In this document: positions 25,241-34,841 of the stretch, one piece after another
How the letters are laid out: each line of letters starts with the position of its first letter
Position numbering within the stretch: the stretch's first letter is position 1
NCBI GenBank assembly: GCA_026394595.1
Contig: JAPKXX010000045.1
Location: 4,024-68,023, forward strand
Direction: 5' to 3'
Length of the DNA stretch: 64,000 nt
Source of the DNA: Methanoregula sp.
Lineage (GTDB): Archaea; Halobacteriota; Methanomicrobia; Methanomicrobiales; Methanospirillaceae
Notes under the pieces: model-generated
Databases searched by the model: none
Seen by the model: the letters and a program-made list of their open reading frames with translations, nothing else
Told to the model about the DNA's origin: nothing
Program-made: the position numbers and the translations under genes

Positions 25241-26156
25241 TTACGAGAGGTTATGCTTCAACCTCCTGGGAAAGCGGATGAAGGTACAGCGGGAGCAGTA
25301 TGCCCAGCTGAGAAATGATCTCATCTCTGCCCGCTCCAAAACCCCGTTTGAAGTGTATATTTCAACCGCCCTCATCAGCTCTGTGATTGTAGGACTGGGC
25401 ATGGCAATAGTACTTGGTGCGGTTACCTATCTTCTCCAACTTCCAAAACTGATTTCCTATAAAGGGCAGGTTCCCGAAGTTATAGTCGGTCTCTCCCAGT
25501 ACAGCCTAATTCTTGGTACTATCTTTGTTGTTCTCTTCTCTCTGGGCTTTTTTGGGGGGTTCACCTACATCGCCTTCCTGATCTACCCGAATATCGAGGC
25601 AGGGAACCGGCGGCGAAACATCGATGCCTCCCTTCCTTATGCAATCAACTACATCACTTCCATGTCAACCGCAGGTATCACACCTGCTGAAATCTTCAGG
25701 CTGCTTGGGGACAGTCCGATTTATGGAGAGAGTGCGGTTGAGGCACGGTACATTGCTCGCGAGATCGATATCTTCGGAAGGGATCTGATCGATGCCTTGC
25801 GGCTTGTCTCTGCAAGTACGCCGAGCTCACGGATGAAGGAATTTTTACAGGGTGCAATGGCAAGTATCTCCTCGGGCGGCAACCTCACTGCATACTTCCG
25901 GACAAAGTCAAACCAGTATGCACTTGAGAACCGTCAGACTCAAAAAATGTTCCTCGATACTCTCGGGCTTATTGCAGAGTCCTATGTCACGGCGGTTGTG
26001 GCGGGAATGTTGTTCTTGATCATTTTACAGTCGATCATGTCCGTGCTCTCAGGCGAGAAAACCCCCCTATTTCTCTATGCAATCATTTATGTGATGATCC
26101 CGTTCGGCAGCATCGGGTTCGTAATAATGGTCAGTACCATGACACCGGAGATATGA
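25233..26156 (+). CDS. GspF/TadB-like (EpdJ/FlaJ half-size) platform membrane protein
   Basis: 307-aa polytopic protein with a cytoplasmic T2SF-type domain (LPYAINYITSMSTAGITPAEIFRLL...). It overlaps the ATPase stop. Confidence 0.75.
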   Translation: MNSYERLCFNLLGKRMKVQREQYAQLRNDLISARSKTPFEVYISTALISSVIVGLGMAIVLGAVTYLLQLPKLISYKGQVPEVIVGLSQYSLILGTIFVVLFSLGFFGGFTYIAFLIYPNIEAGNRRRNIDASLPYAINYITSMSTAGITPAEIFRLLGDSPIYGESAVEARYIAREIDIFGRDLIDALRLVSASTPSSRMKEFLQGAMASISSGGNLTAYFRTKSNQYALENRQTQKMFLDTLGLIAESYVTAVVAGMLFLIILQSIMSVLSGEKTPLFLYAIIYVMIPFGSIGFVIMVSTMTPEI

Positions 26157-26157
26157 T

Positions 26158-27192
26158 ATGGGAATCAAGGATACGGTCAATAATCTGTTCAATCGTGGAC
26201 CATTTAAACAGAAAAAAATCCCTCCAACCGACCTTGTCAAGGTAGAAAAAGAGGTCCACGAGATTACAAATAAACTCGAGATCGAGCGCAAGAGCCGGGA
26301 GGGGATAGGGAGGTTCTTCAAACACCCGGTCCAGGTTCTCACGGAAAAACCGATCAATATCCTCATCGTCTCTATTCCCCTCGCCCTGATCATCTTTTTT
26401 TGGGGATTTATTTCGGGCGTCATGACCTACGGCATCTCTGTGCTCACCACCACAACGATGGTCGATGACTTTGCCATCTTTGCGGTATTGATCGCCGTTG
26501 TTCCCCTTGCGATGCTGGATTTCAAAGAGCAACACAGGGTCAAAAAACTGGAGGAGGCGCTGCCGAACTTCTTCCGCGACCTTGCCGGCATGAACGACAG
26601 CGGCATGACGCTGCCCAATGCCGTGCACCTTGTTGCCGGTGCTGAGTATGGCACCCTCACCCCCCATATCAAGAAACTGGATAACGAGATGTCATGGGGG
26701 GTGGGTTTTGTCGAGGCTCTCCATCACTTTGGAAGCAGTCTTGGGACAAAACTTGCCGATCGCAGTGTTGATCTCATTGCAAAAGCAAGCAAGGCAGGTG
26801 GGGATATCAGTGAAGTGCTGCGGGCAGCAGCAAATGACACGTTCGAGATCGTGAACCTTGCGCAGGAACGGAGCAATAATATGATAATCTATGTGGTCAT
26901 CGTGCTTGTCTCGTTTGCGGTCTTCTTATTTGTCATCGCCATCCTTGTCAGTACGTTTCTGACCACAATGGCGACTGCCGGTGCGGCTGCAGCGGAAGCC
27001 GGAGGTGGTTCGTTCATGGGAAGAATTGATATTAATGCATATAAGCGGCTCTTTTCCCATGGTGCAATGATCCAAGGGTTCTGCTCGGGCCTTATGGCAG
27101 GACAGATGGGCGAGGGAAGGGTGACCGCCGGACTCAAATATTCGGCAATGATGCTTTTTATCGCGTGGGTGACGTTCCGGTTTTTCATTTAA
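26158..27192 (+). CDS. GspF/TadC-like (EpdK/FlaJ half-size) platform membrane protein
   Basis: 344 aa holding a second T2SF-type domain (LPNFFRDLAGMNDSGMTLPNAVHLV...). It starts 2 nt after the previous gene. Confidence 0.75.
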   Translation: MGIKDTVNNLFNRGPFKQKKIPPTDLVKVEKEVHEITNKLEIERKSREGIGRFFKHPVQVLTEKPINILIVSIPLALIIFFWGFISGVMTYGISVLTTTTMVDDFAIFAVLIAVVPLAMLDFKEQHRVKKLEEALPNFFRDLAGMNDSGMTLPNAVHLVAGAEYGTLTPHIKKLDNEMSWGVGFVEALHHFGSSLGTKLADRSVDLIAKASKAGGDISEVLRAAANDTFEIVNLAQERSNNMIIYVVIVLVSFAVFLFVIAILVSTFLTTMATAGAAAAEAGGGSFMGRIDINAYKRLFSHGAMIQGFCSGLMAGQMGEGRVTAGLKYSAMMLFIAWVTFRFFI

Positions 27193-27680
27193 CTCTGGTG
27201 TGCGAACAGAATCCAACCTTGGTTTAAAAACCGGGGACTTTATCCGTCTTTTAAAAAGTATCCCGGTCTGATAACTTCTCATATCCTCCCTTGCATATCG
27301 AAGACACCCTGACGGATCTCGTCTCACATTCTCACTGACCAATAGTCGCGGCGAATACTCTTTTCCCGCTCTTGATGAATAGCGATAGTGACCGGGCGGG
27401 TGTTCTGGGATTATCACCTTTAGGGGTGTCTGCCGTGGCAGAGGGTCAAGTGCCGATTGGAGAAAAATGTCTGAAAGATATTTTAATTCATCACAGCAAC
27501 GGCGCCAAAACACCTGCGGTCGTGAATGTTACAAAGTGAAGAAATTTTTTGGATGAATCACAATGCCGGAAAACTTTTAAAAATCTTAAATCCACAAGAC
27601 CCGGTGCGTCTTCAGTAACTTATATCCATCAAGAGCGATATTGAGCGATATTAAGAATAAAAACAGGATTGCCGGAAAAA

Positions 27681-27986
27681 TCAGGAAATATTATCCACAC
27701 TGTATCCCTTTACCGTGAGCAGATCTTTTACACGGTCACGGTGATTGCCCTGAAGTTCGATCGAATTTCCCTTGACCGTTCCACCGCAGGCGAGTTTTCC
27801 TTTCATGAATTTTGAGAGATCCTCAAGGTCAATATCTGTCGGGTCGAGGCCTTCGATGACGGTCACTTCTTTTCCATACCGGCGTTTGTTGACTTTGACA
27901 TTGATCCTCTGCTGTTCCTTTGCTACCTCCTCACAAATACATAATTCTTTAGGTAGACCACACGTCGGACAAATCCCACCAATCAT
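27681..27986 (-). CDS. Translation initiation factor aSUI1 (aIF1)
   Basis: 101 aa with the N-terminal zinc knuckle [13 protein letters not shown], then [13 protein letters not shown]...[22 protein letters not shown]. Confidence 0.9.
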   Translation of the reverse strand: MIGGICPTCGLPKELCICEEVAKEQQRINVKVNKRRYGKEVTVIEGLDPTDIDLEDLSKFMKGKLACGGTVKGNSIELQGNHRDRVKDLLTVKGYSVDNIS

Positions 27987-28114
27987 TATGTTATTTTTAT
28001 CGTTTCTGTTTATTTATTCCTTTACATTGCCGGACAGGTTATTTCCTGTCATTTGAAAAAAGAAAAGCCGGACTATCGCCTTTTTTATGAAGGCTGCATC
28101 AATATATTTCTGGC

Positions 28115-29560
28115 ATGTCAGTCTTCGTGGTCGGCACCGCATCCCATGCAGGAAAGAGCGTGACCGTTGCTGCAATCTGCCGAAGCATGATAAACCGTGG
28201 AATCAGCGTAGCACCGTTCAAGTCCCAGAACATGAGCCTGAACTCGAACGTGACGCCCGACGGTGGAGAGATCGGTATGGCACAGGCGATGCAGGCTCAG
28301 GCAGCACGGGTCGCTCCCAGAACCGACATGAACCCGATCCTGTTAAAACCCAAAGGTGACTGTATATCTCAGATAGTTCTTTTCGGGCGCCCGTATAAGG
28401 ATGTGCCAATTACTGACTATTACCTTGAAACGGATCGTCTTCTGGATCTCGCAGTGGAGGCATATCATCGTCTTAAAAACGATTTCGGGCAGGTTATTGT
28501 AGAGGGCGCCGGTGGTGCCGCGGAACTCAATCTCTACGACCGTGATATCGCCAATATCAGGCTTGCCCGGGTGCTCGCGATCCCCATAATCCTTGTTGCC
28601 GATATCGAACGGGGTGGAGTCTTTGCCCAGATCCTCGGGACGCTCGATCTCCTTCCCGATGACGTGAGACCACTTGTACGGGGTATCATCATCAACAAAT
28701 TCCGCGGGGACCCTGCACTATTTGAGGATGGCATCACCATGATCGAACAGCGTGCGGGGATTCCCGTTCTTGGCGTCGTCCCCTATTTTGATATCCCGTT
28801 GCCAAGTGAGGACTCCCTCTCCATAGCCGACAAAAAAACCCGGGCCAGCGCGATACGTATTGCGGTTGTCCGCCTCCCCCATATCTCAAACTTTACGGAT
28901 TTTGAACTGCTCGAACGGCATGCTGCGGTGGAGTATGTCCCGCTTGATATATCCCTTGATGGTTATGACTGTGTAATCGTGCCCGGCACCAAGAACACGG
29001 TGGAGGATCTCATGCGGCTTGAACAGAGCGGAATGGCAGACGAGCTGCGCAGGTCCCGAGCACGTAACATCCCCATCATCGGCATCTGCGGCGGGTACCA
29101 GATGTTGGGTACGCAGATTATTGATTCCGGTGTTGAATCACGTGCCGGCACATATGCAGGGCTCGGCATGCTGGACTGCGTTACCCGGTTTGGTCCCTAT
29201 GAGAAAAAAATTCGACAGGTACACCGGCATGCCTGCAATGTCCCTCCCATCCTGTCCTCAATAGGGGATGTGACCGGGTACGAGATCCACATGGGGGAGA
29301 CAGAAGCAGGAAATGACCGTGAGGCTTTTATTGGTGATGGCAGGGTAACGGAGGATGGGCTGGTTTTCGGCACGTATATGCATGGGCTTTTCTCAAACCC
29401 GTCAGCAGTAAATGCGATCCTGTCATACATCGCAATACAAAAACAGTTAGAGTTCACCCCGATACCTCAAGATTCACCGGACCCCTATGACGAACTCGCT
29501 GCACTCTTTGAAGAGTACGTCAATATGGATGCGATCTCCGCCCTTGTGACCGAACAATAA
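28115..29560 (+). CDS. cobQ: Cobyric acid synthase
   Basis: 481 aa with the N-terminal GTASHAGKS (CobQ/CobB/MinD-like) and the C-terminal glutamine amidotransferase motif GICGGYQMLG. Confidence 0.9.
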   Translation: MSVFVVGTASHAGKSVTVAAICRSMINRGISVAPFKSQNMSLNSNVTPDGGEIGMAQAMQAQAARVAPRTDMNPILLKPKGDCISQIVLFGRPYKDVPITDYYLETDRLLDLAVEAYHRLKNDFGQVIVEGAGGAAELNLYDRDIANIRLARVLAIPIILVADIERGGVFAQILGTLDLLPDDVRPLVRGIIINKFRGDPALFEDGITMIEQRAGIPVLGVVPYFDIPLPSEDSLSIADKKTRASAIRIAVVRLPHISNFTDFELLERHAAVEYVPLDISLDGYDCVIVPGTKNTVEDLMRLEQSGMADELRRSRARNIPIIGICGGYQMLGTQIIDSGVESRAGTYAGLGMLDCVTRFGPYEKKIRQVHRHACNVPPILSSIGDVTGYEIHMGETEAGNDREAFIGDGRVTEDGLVFGTYMHGLFSNPSAVNAILSYIAIQKQLEFTPIPQDSPDPYDELAALFEEYVNMDAISALVTEQ

Positions 29561-29595
29561 TGATCCCTGCCGGGTCACGAAGGGTGGTTCCTCTG

Positions 29596-29862
29596 CTACC
29601 CGATGATATTTGCGATGGAGTGAAATCCTTCACCCTGCCTGTCCGCGCATTTCACTGCATCGACATTTTTAAGATTCACTTCTTCAGTCACCCGGCACTG
29701 CAGGCAGTAGGCAAGTGAGGGGGATTTCACAAACCTGCCCTGTACCAAAAATTCCCGTGCATGGATACAGAACCGGCAGTGGTCGACAGGCTCCTTCTTG
29801 TCAGAAAGACATTGCACCTTCTCGTCTAAGACCGGAAGTACACGGTACTTGTCATCACTCAT
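29596..29862 (-). CDS. Small Cys-rich hypothetical protein
   Basis: The internal ATG at 29862 gives an 88-aa product (MSDDKYRVLPV...CRFCIH...CLQC...). The longer 162-aa ORF would overlap the strongly supported nucleotidyltransferase gene. Confidence 0.4.
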   Translation of the reverse strand: MSDDKYRVLPVLDEKVQCLSDKKEPVDHCRFCIHAREFLVQGRFVKSPSLAYCLQCRVTEEVNLKNVDAVKCADRQGEGFHSIANIIG

Positions 29863-29929
29863 CGCTGGATATTCTCCTGAGAACTTCCGTATCAGTATAG
29901 TTAAAACGATCCAGCACAAAAACCTCTGT

Positions 29930-31108
29930 ATGAAGGTGTGTATCATGTGCGGCGGTGAGGGTACCCGCCTGCGCCCTCTCACATTTGAGCGGCCGAAACC
30001 CTGCATCCCTATTGTAAACCGCCCATCCATCGAACATCTGGTTACACACTTGTCCAATCTTGGGTTTGGCGATGTGATCATCACCCTTGGCTATCTCGGT
30101 ACGGCAATCGAGGAAGCGCTTGGCGACGGTTCGCTGTTCGGGACCACGATAACCTATGTCCGGGAAAAGAATAAACTGGGAACTGCAGGCAGCGTGAAGA
30201 ACGCCCAGAAATATCTTGACGGGCAGGATTTCCTTGTAGTTGGCGGGGACCATGTCACTGACCTGAATGTTCTGGAATTTTACCGTGCGCATAAAAAGGA
30301 GAAGGCATCTGTTTCGATCGGGCTTATCAGCATCGACGAACCGGGCGATTACGGTATTGCCGAGATCGATGTCAGATACGTGATAAAGAGGTTTAAGGAA
30401 AAACCGGCACCGGGGGAAATTTTTTCAAATCTTGCAAGCACCGGGATGTACGTTTGCAGCCCCTCTGTCTTTGACGCTATTCCGGCGGGAAAGAAATTCG
30501 ATTTTGCCCGGGATCTTTTCCCGGAGATGATGGAAGGGGGACACATATTGAAAGGCTGGCTTGCGCGTGGGAACTGGACGGATGTCGGGAGCCCGCACTC
30601 GCTTCGGCATGCGGAACGCTGGAAGCTAGCAGGTATGGCATCAACGACAATCAACGGTGATCTCTCCATGCGGGGTGCGTATGTCCAGGGCCCTGTCCAA
30701 CTGGGCGATGCAGTCACGTTAGGAAAGAACTCGAGGATCATCGGTCCGGTGGCGATCGGTGCCGGTACGACAATCGGGGGCAACGTTCTTATCGGGCCGT
30801 ATACCAGCATTGGCGAAAAATGCATCCTGAGAAATAACGCAAAAGTGTTTTCCTCTTCAATCTACAACCGTGTCATTATCGCTGCGAATACTACGATTAG
30901 CGGGAGCATAATCGATAATGACACCCATATCGGCGAGGAATGCAGTATCGAGAATGACACGGTCATCGGACCACGGGTGGTATTGCGGGACAAGGTGGTT
31001 GTTCATTCAAAGACCCGGCTCTGGCCCGAAGTGGTTGTTCCTGATGGGAGTATTATTAAAGAGCATGTGCTCAATGAAAAATTTGATGTGAGCTGCGAGG
31101 GATCCTAA
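29930..31108 (+). CDS. Sugar-1-phosphate nucleotidylyltransferase with C-terminal left-handed beta-helix (hexapeptide) domain
   Basis: The start is MKVCIMCGGEGTRLRPLT (the G-x-G-T-R-x-x-P signature). The C-terminal third is rich in hexapeptide-type repeats (IGAGTTIGGNVLIGPYTSIGEKCIL...). Confidence 0.8.
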   Translation: MKVCIMCGGEGTRLRPLTFERPKPCIPIVNRPSIEHLVTHLSNLGFGDVIITLGYLGTAIEEALGDGSLFGTTITYVREKNKLGTAGSVKNAQKYLDGQDFLVVGGDHVTDLNVLEFYRAHKKEKASVSIGLISIDEPGDYGIAEIDVRYVIKRFKEKPAPGEIFSNLASTGMYVCSPSVFDAIPAGKKFDFARDLFPEMMEGGHILKGWLARGNWTDVGSPHSLRHAERWKLAGMASTTINGDLSMRGAYVQGPVQLGDAVTLGKNSRIIGPVAIGAGTTIGGNVLIGPYTSIGEKCILRNNAKVFSSSIYNRVIIAANTTISGSIIDNDTHIGEECSIENDTVIGPRVVLRDKVVVHSKTRLWPEVVVPDGSIIKEHVLNEKFDVSCEGS

Positions 31109-31893
31109 CCTCTCTTTGCGAGCCGGTGCGTGAGTGCAACGAGCGGGTGGCGTGCATAGTCGAGCACTTGGATGTCGTCCAATGTCCGCAAATTCATCGC
31201 TTGTGCTGTCCGCTCCATGCCGAGCTCCACATCCTGCGCAATCTCGATGATATATGCATCGAGTGCGGTAATCCCCAGTTTTTTTGCCGCAACTGCCCGG
31301 TGATGCCCGTCAACGAGGATCATGCGGTTCGGGCGCTTAACAACGAGGATCGGTTCTACAAGACCTTTTTTTATCTCGTAAACCCTCCCTTCAAGCTCAT
31401 CTTCATAAATCTTAGACTGGGTTGGCAGGAGGTCACTGATCGGAACGGTGCCACGGTTTAGTGTCGGATCGACACCATACAGTTTTTTAAGGGTAGTCAT
31501 AAAATTGAATACTTTCTCTGGTGAAACGCGTTCAATCTGGGACCGGATCACATCGGAGTTTGAGATGATCCCCAGCAGGTGGCTCTTCTCATCCACCACA
31601 GGAAGTTTCTGGATACCTGAACGGAATATCACGCGTGCTGCATCCGTGATGCTCATGTCAGGATCTGCGACGATCAGGTTAGAAGACATCACTTTTTCGA
31701 TGGGAGTTTCCGGCGGGACAAACAGCAGATCACGGGCAGCGATGTAACCGACCACCTCGTTATCTGAGAGCACAGGAAATCCATCGTGGTGCGTGGTCTG
31801 GATCATATCCATGACATCTTTTATCGTGTCGTGGAAATCAACGCTCACGACATCGTATGTCATGTAGTCCTTGACCTTTTTTTTGTCCATCAC
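31105..31893 (-). CDS. CBS-pair plus ParB/sulfiredoxin-like nuclease-domain protein
   Basis: The N-terminal has two CBS repeats. The C-terminal reads LLPTQSKI...ILVDGHHRAVAAKKLG, typical of the ParB-like domain. Confidence 0.7.
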   Translation of the reverse strand: MMDKKKVKDYMTYDVVSVDFHDTIKDVMDMIQTTHHDGFPVLSDNEVVGYIAARDLLFVPPETPIEKVMSSNLIVADPDMSITDAARVIFRSGIQKLPVVDEKSHLLGIISNSDVIRSQIERVSPEKVFNFMTTLKKLYGVDPTLNRGTVPISDLLPTQSKIYEDELEGRVYEIKKGLVEPILVVKRPNRMILVDGHHRAVAAKKLGITALDAYIIEIAQDVELGMERTAQAMNLRTLDDIQVLDYARHPLVALTHRLAKRG

Positions 31894-31951
31894 TACAGCT
31901 TATGGTGCAGATTACTTGAACTCATCGTTGAGGAGATAAAAAGAAAAGGAA

Positions 31952-32425
31952 TTATTCAATCTGGATGCGTGTCTTTTGCGGGGTCTTTGCCTTTTTAAGC
32001 CGTATCTCGAGCACGCCGTTTTTAAATGTCGCAGTTGAGTCAGATTCTGTCACATCGGCAGGAATCGCAACAACACGACTCATTGAACCATATACACGTT
32101 CCCTCATGAAGTAGCCTTCAGTCTGATCCTTTATCTCTCCCTTTCGCTCGCAGGAGATCTCCAGCGCCCGTGGATTCACGAGCTGGAGTGCAACATCCTC
32201 CTTCTCAACGCCCGGCAGGTCGGCAACCACGATGACTTCATCGTCATGGTCACGCACATCAACGCGGAATTCACCGCGGATTGCAGGGAGCATCCTGTCG
32301 GTGACTCCTCCGGGCGGGAGCAGTTTGCCACCGGCATACGCATGTTGGAACATGTTCTCCAGTTCATCTCGCATCTTTTCCATGTCCCGCCACATCGATT
32401 CAAACGGATATCGTCTCCATGCCAT
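31952..32425 (-). CDS. Hsp20/alpha-crystallin small heat-shock protein
   Basis: 157 aa with RVDVRDHDDEVIVVADLPGVEKEDV...ATFKNGVLEIRLKK. Confidence 0.9.
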   Translation of the reverse strand: MAWRRYPFESMWRDMEKMRDELENMFQHAYAGGKLLPPGGVTDRMLPAIRGEFRVDVRDHDDEVIVVADLPGVEKEDVALQLVNPRALEISCERKGEIKDQTEGYFMRERVYGSMSRVVAIPADVTESDSTATFKNGVLEIRLKKAKTPQKTRIQIE

Positions 32426-32623
32426 GTTTCTTCCCTCCTTTTCTGGTTATTCCCCCGGTCTGTACCTATGGGGTAACTTTTGGTTAGTTCTCATTATATT
32501 TAAATTCTCTTCAAGGGGGTTCTGGTATGTTGATTATGAGAGTGAGCGGTCTTTTTTTTTAATAAATTGAATCGGAATAGTTTATCTCAATTGGATGATG
32601 AACTAATAAGGAGGATCCGAGCA

Positions 32624-33310
32624 ATGGGTGAAAAAAAACAGAAACAGGCGACAAAAAATTGGTATAAGGTTCTTGCCATCATTGGGTGCATACTTTTTGT
32701 TGTGCTCATGGTGGTCTCTTCGATGGGGAGTAGCTGGGTTAACTTCTTTTCTGTGATCAAACCTGGGGATACCGTCACTATCGATTATACGATACGGGAT
32801 GCACGGGGATCACCGATTGTAACGACGGATCAGCAACTCTACACAACTGTTGCGGGCTCCGGATACGGACTTTTTTTTGGAAAGCAGCTTGTTATTCAGG
32901 CAAACCAGAGCACGACAAAGGGGGTCATCCCTCTCCCTGTCTATTACCGGGAAGAGGGTTGGTCAAAGTCATTTGCCCTCTTTGGGGCTGAGCATGATGC
33001 CATCACGATGGGTGTCATCGGGATGAAGCAGAATGAACAAAAAACCATTACTATGCCCTTCAAGGATTCGATGACACAAGCTTGGTCTGCTGACCAGTTG
33101 ACCCGAAATGGAGTAAATTTAAGTGAAGTACAGGTCGGTGATTCGATTTCCATGGGGGTATCAGATTCTCCTGAACTTGCGACTAATACCACCCCCCAGA
33201 CCGTATATATCAGGATCGGGGAGGTCACTAAAAAGACCTCTGAAGGAGTTGTCATTAATTTCGGGTATCCCGCGATTGATGTGCGAATCGTTGCAATATC
33301 CAAACAATAA
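32624..33310 (+). CDS. Membrane-anchored FKBP-type peptidyl-prolyl isomerase-like protein
   Basis: The ATG at 32624 follows AGGAGG. It has an N-terminal TM helix, then GDTVTIDYTIRDARGSPIVTTD and GMKQNEQKTITMP, resembling FKBP signatures. Confidence 0.5.
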   Translation: MGEKKQKQATKNWYKVLAIIGCILFVVLMVVSSMGSSWVNFFSVIKPGDTVTIDYTIRDARGSPIVTTDQQLYTTVAGSGYGLFFGKQLVIQANQSTTKGVIPLPVYYREEGWSKSFALFGAEHDAITMGVIGMKQNEQKTITMPFKDSMTQAWSADQLTRNGVNLSEVQVGDSISMGVSDSPELATNTTPQTVYIRIGEVTKKTSEGVVINFGYPAIDVRIVAISKQ

Positions 33311-33361
33311 CCCCCCCATCTAGCGTATCTTTTTTTATCCCTCCCTCTCATTTGTGTACTT

Positions 33362-33622
33362 ATGGCAGTACACGTGATCTGTTTTTTTCAGCCTGGTTGC
33401 ATGGGCTGCATGGAGCAGAGCCCGATCAACTACGAAGTGGCACAAGCCCTTCGGATGGATATCGAAGAGATCGATGCGATCAAAAATCCGCTGTATATCA
33501 AGCAGTATTCCCTGAAAGCGACCCCGACAATTATTATTGAAAAGGATGGCTCGGTAAGGGAACGGTTCGAAGGGGTGGTGCACCGCGAGCAGCTTGAAGG
33601 GGCGATTAGAAAATATTTATAA
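33362..33622 (+). CDS. Thioredoxin/glutaredoxin-fold protein
   Basis: 86 aa with a CMGC (CxxC) motif after the first beta strand and a cis-Pro context (KATPTIIIEKDG). Confidence 0.7.
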   Translation: MAVHVICFFQPGCMGCMEQSPINYEVAQALRMDIEEIDAIKNPLYIKQYSLKATPTIIIEKDGSVRERFEGVVHREQLEGAIRKYL

Positions 33623-34192
33623 CCGGTACCCATACACCCTTTTGATCCGGTGCGCAACGGTCTTCCAGCCCTCTTTTCGCATGAGAGGGCCGTCCCGCAG
33701 CTTCAGTTGGGTAATTTTAAAGCGTTTTCCCTGAACGGTGAGGATTTCACCTACGACAAATGGGTCTTCACCCTCGCATTCCTTGTAGAGTGGGATCGTA
33801 CGCTTTCCGTCATGGACCGATATCTTGACAATCGCCTGCTCGATCACCCGAGTCCAGAGCGTGGTAATGTCCTGCGCCTGAGCCCGGTTCACCCGCCGAT
33901 CCCCGCTCTCGATTCCCGTGATCTCGACACCGTAAGCGTCTTCGCCGCACTCCGCCACAAGATGGTCATCAACAGAGCAATCATCATTTGGCATGAGTTC
34001 AATGCCGCAGACAATCGATGCATCCTCTTGGCTCACTATAGTCTTGATTATGATCGGTTGGGGTGCTCTCCCCTTTTTTAACCTCTGGACATGGCTGCAT
34101 ATTGAACAGCGTACAATCCTGTCACGGGTATCTGCGACTACCTCATGATCGCATTCCTTCCTGCACTCGGGGCAGTAGGTGGAAATAAACAT
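33617..34192 (-). CDS. Zinc-ribbon protein of unknown function (COG1326-like)
   Basis: The N-terminal has CPEC...CSIC, a four-Cys ribbon, followed by a beta-rich body. Confidence 0.55.
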   Translation of the reverse strand: MFISTYCPECRKECDHEVVADTRDRIVRCSICSHVQRLKKGRAPQPIIIKTIVSQEDASIVCGIELMPNDDCSVDDHLVAECGEDAYGVEITGIESGDRRVNRAQAQDITTLWTRVIEQAIVKISVHDGKRTIPLYKECEGEDPFVVGEILTVQGKRFKITQLKLRDGPLMRKEGWKTVAHRIKRVYGYRL

Positions 34193-34225
34193 TGATTATC
34201 AATAGCGACCCTCACTTATTAAAGC

Positions 34226-34654
34226 ATGGAGGCAACAGAGGTCATCCACTGCCGTGGCCATCCCCGTGTGTCCGCGAGTCACCCGACAACGTTTGAAGTG
34301 ACAAGAGAGGATACGCTAACAAAAAACGGGCATTGCATTATCGGAGTTGGTGCGGATAAGGGATGCCAGGGGCTGTCACCCGAATTCCGGCAGATCCTCT
34401 GCCATGATGAAGCGGTCCTCACGACAGTACTATCCTGTGGAGGGATAATTACCGAGGTGCATTCAGCAGGGAGTGCTGCAATGACTCTCGATCACCAAAG
34501 GGATCTGGTATGGAGAAAAAGTACGTTTGTCTGCGGGAGGACAATCGGGATACGTTCGGACCGTGTGGCAGCAACGTTGCCGACAGAGCTTGTCGCACTC
34601 ATGAGGGCGGGACGACTGATGGTGGTGAGGATGACGGTCAGGCGTCCCGGCTGA
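34226..34654 (+). CDS. DUF371-family protein
   Basis: 142 aa with HCRGHPRVSASHPTTFEVTRE...NGHCIIGVGADKG, as I remember the archaeal DUF371 family. Confidence 0.6.
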   Translation: MEATEVIHCRGHPRVSASHPTTFEVTREDTLTKNGHCIIGVGADKGCQGLSPEFRQILCHDEAVLTTVLSCGGIITEVHSAGSAAMTLDHQRDLVWRKSTFVCGRTIGIRSDRVAATLPTELVALMRAGRLMVVRMTVRRPG

Positions 34655-34841
34655 GGGTGGTGATCTTTGCTTCAGCCTCGGAAAGCAGTGTCTCACACTG
34701 CTTGACAAGAACCGCTCCCTGTTCATAGAGCCGGATGCTCTCATCAAGGCTTGTGTTCCCGTCTTCGATTTTTTCGATGATCTTTTTTAATTTTTCGATC
34801 TTCTGCTCATATGTTTCCGTCATGTTCAACACGCTCCACAA
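34638..34841 (-). CDS. xseB: Exodeoxyribonuclease VII small subunit
   Basis: The sequence YEQKIEKLKKIIEKIEDGNTSLDESIRLYEQGAVLVKQCETLL is the XseB pattern. The ORF-track start is TTG. The ATG at 34823 with an upstream GGAG is an alternative. Confidence 0.8.
   Translation of the reverse strand: MWSVLNMTETYEQKIEKLKKIIEKIEDGNTSLDESIRLYEQGAVLVKQCETLLSEAEAKITTLSRDA

Noticed and set aside
26926-27513. 195-aa minus-strand ORF spanning the end of the TadC-like gene and the long spacer
   Set aside because: The product is Arg/Ser/Pro-rich with no recognisable family. Half of it is antisense to a good membrane-protein gene.
29863-30084. N-terminal 74 codons of the 162-aa minus-strand ORF 29596-30084
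   Set aside because: This part is antisense to the start of the nucleotidyltransferase gene (GGxGTRLRPLT motif). Only the distal 88 codons are kept as a possible gene.
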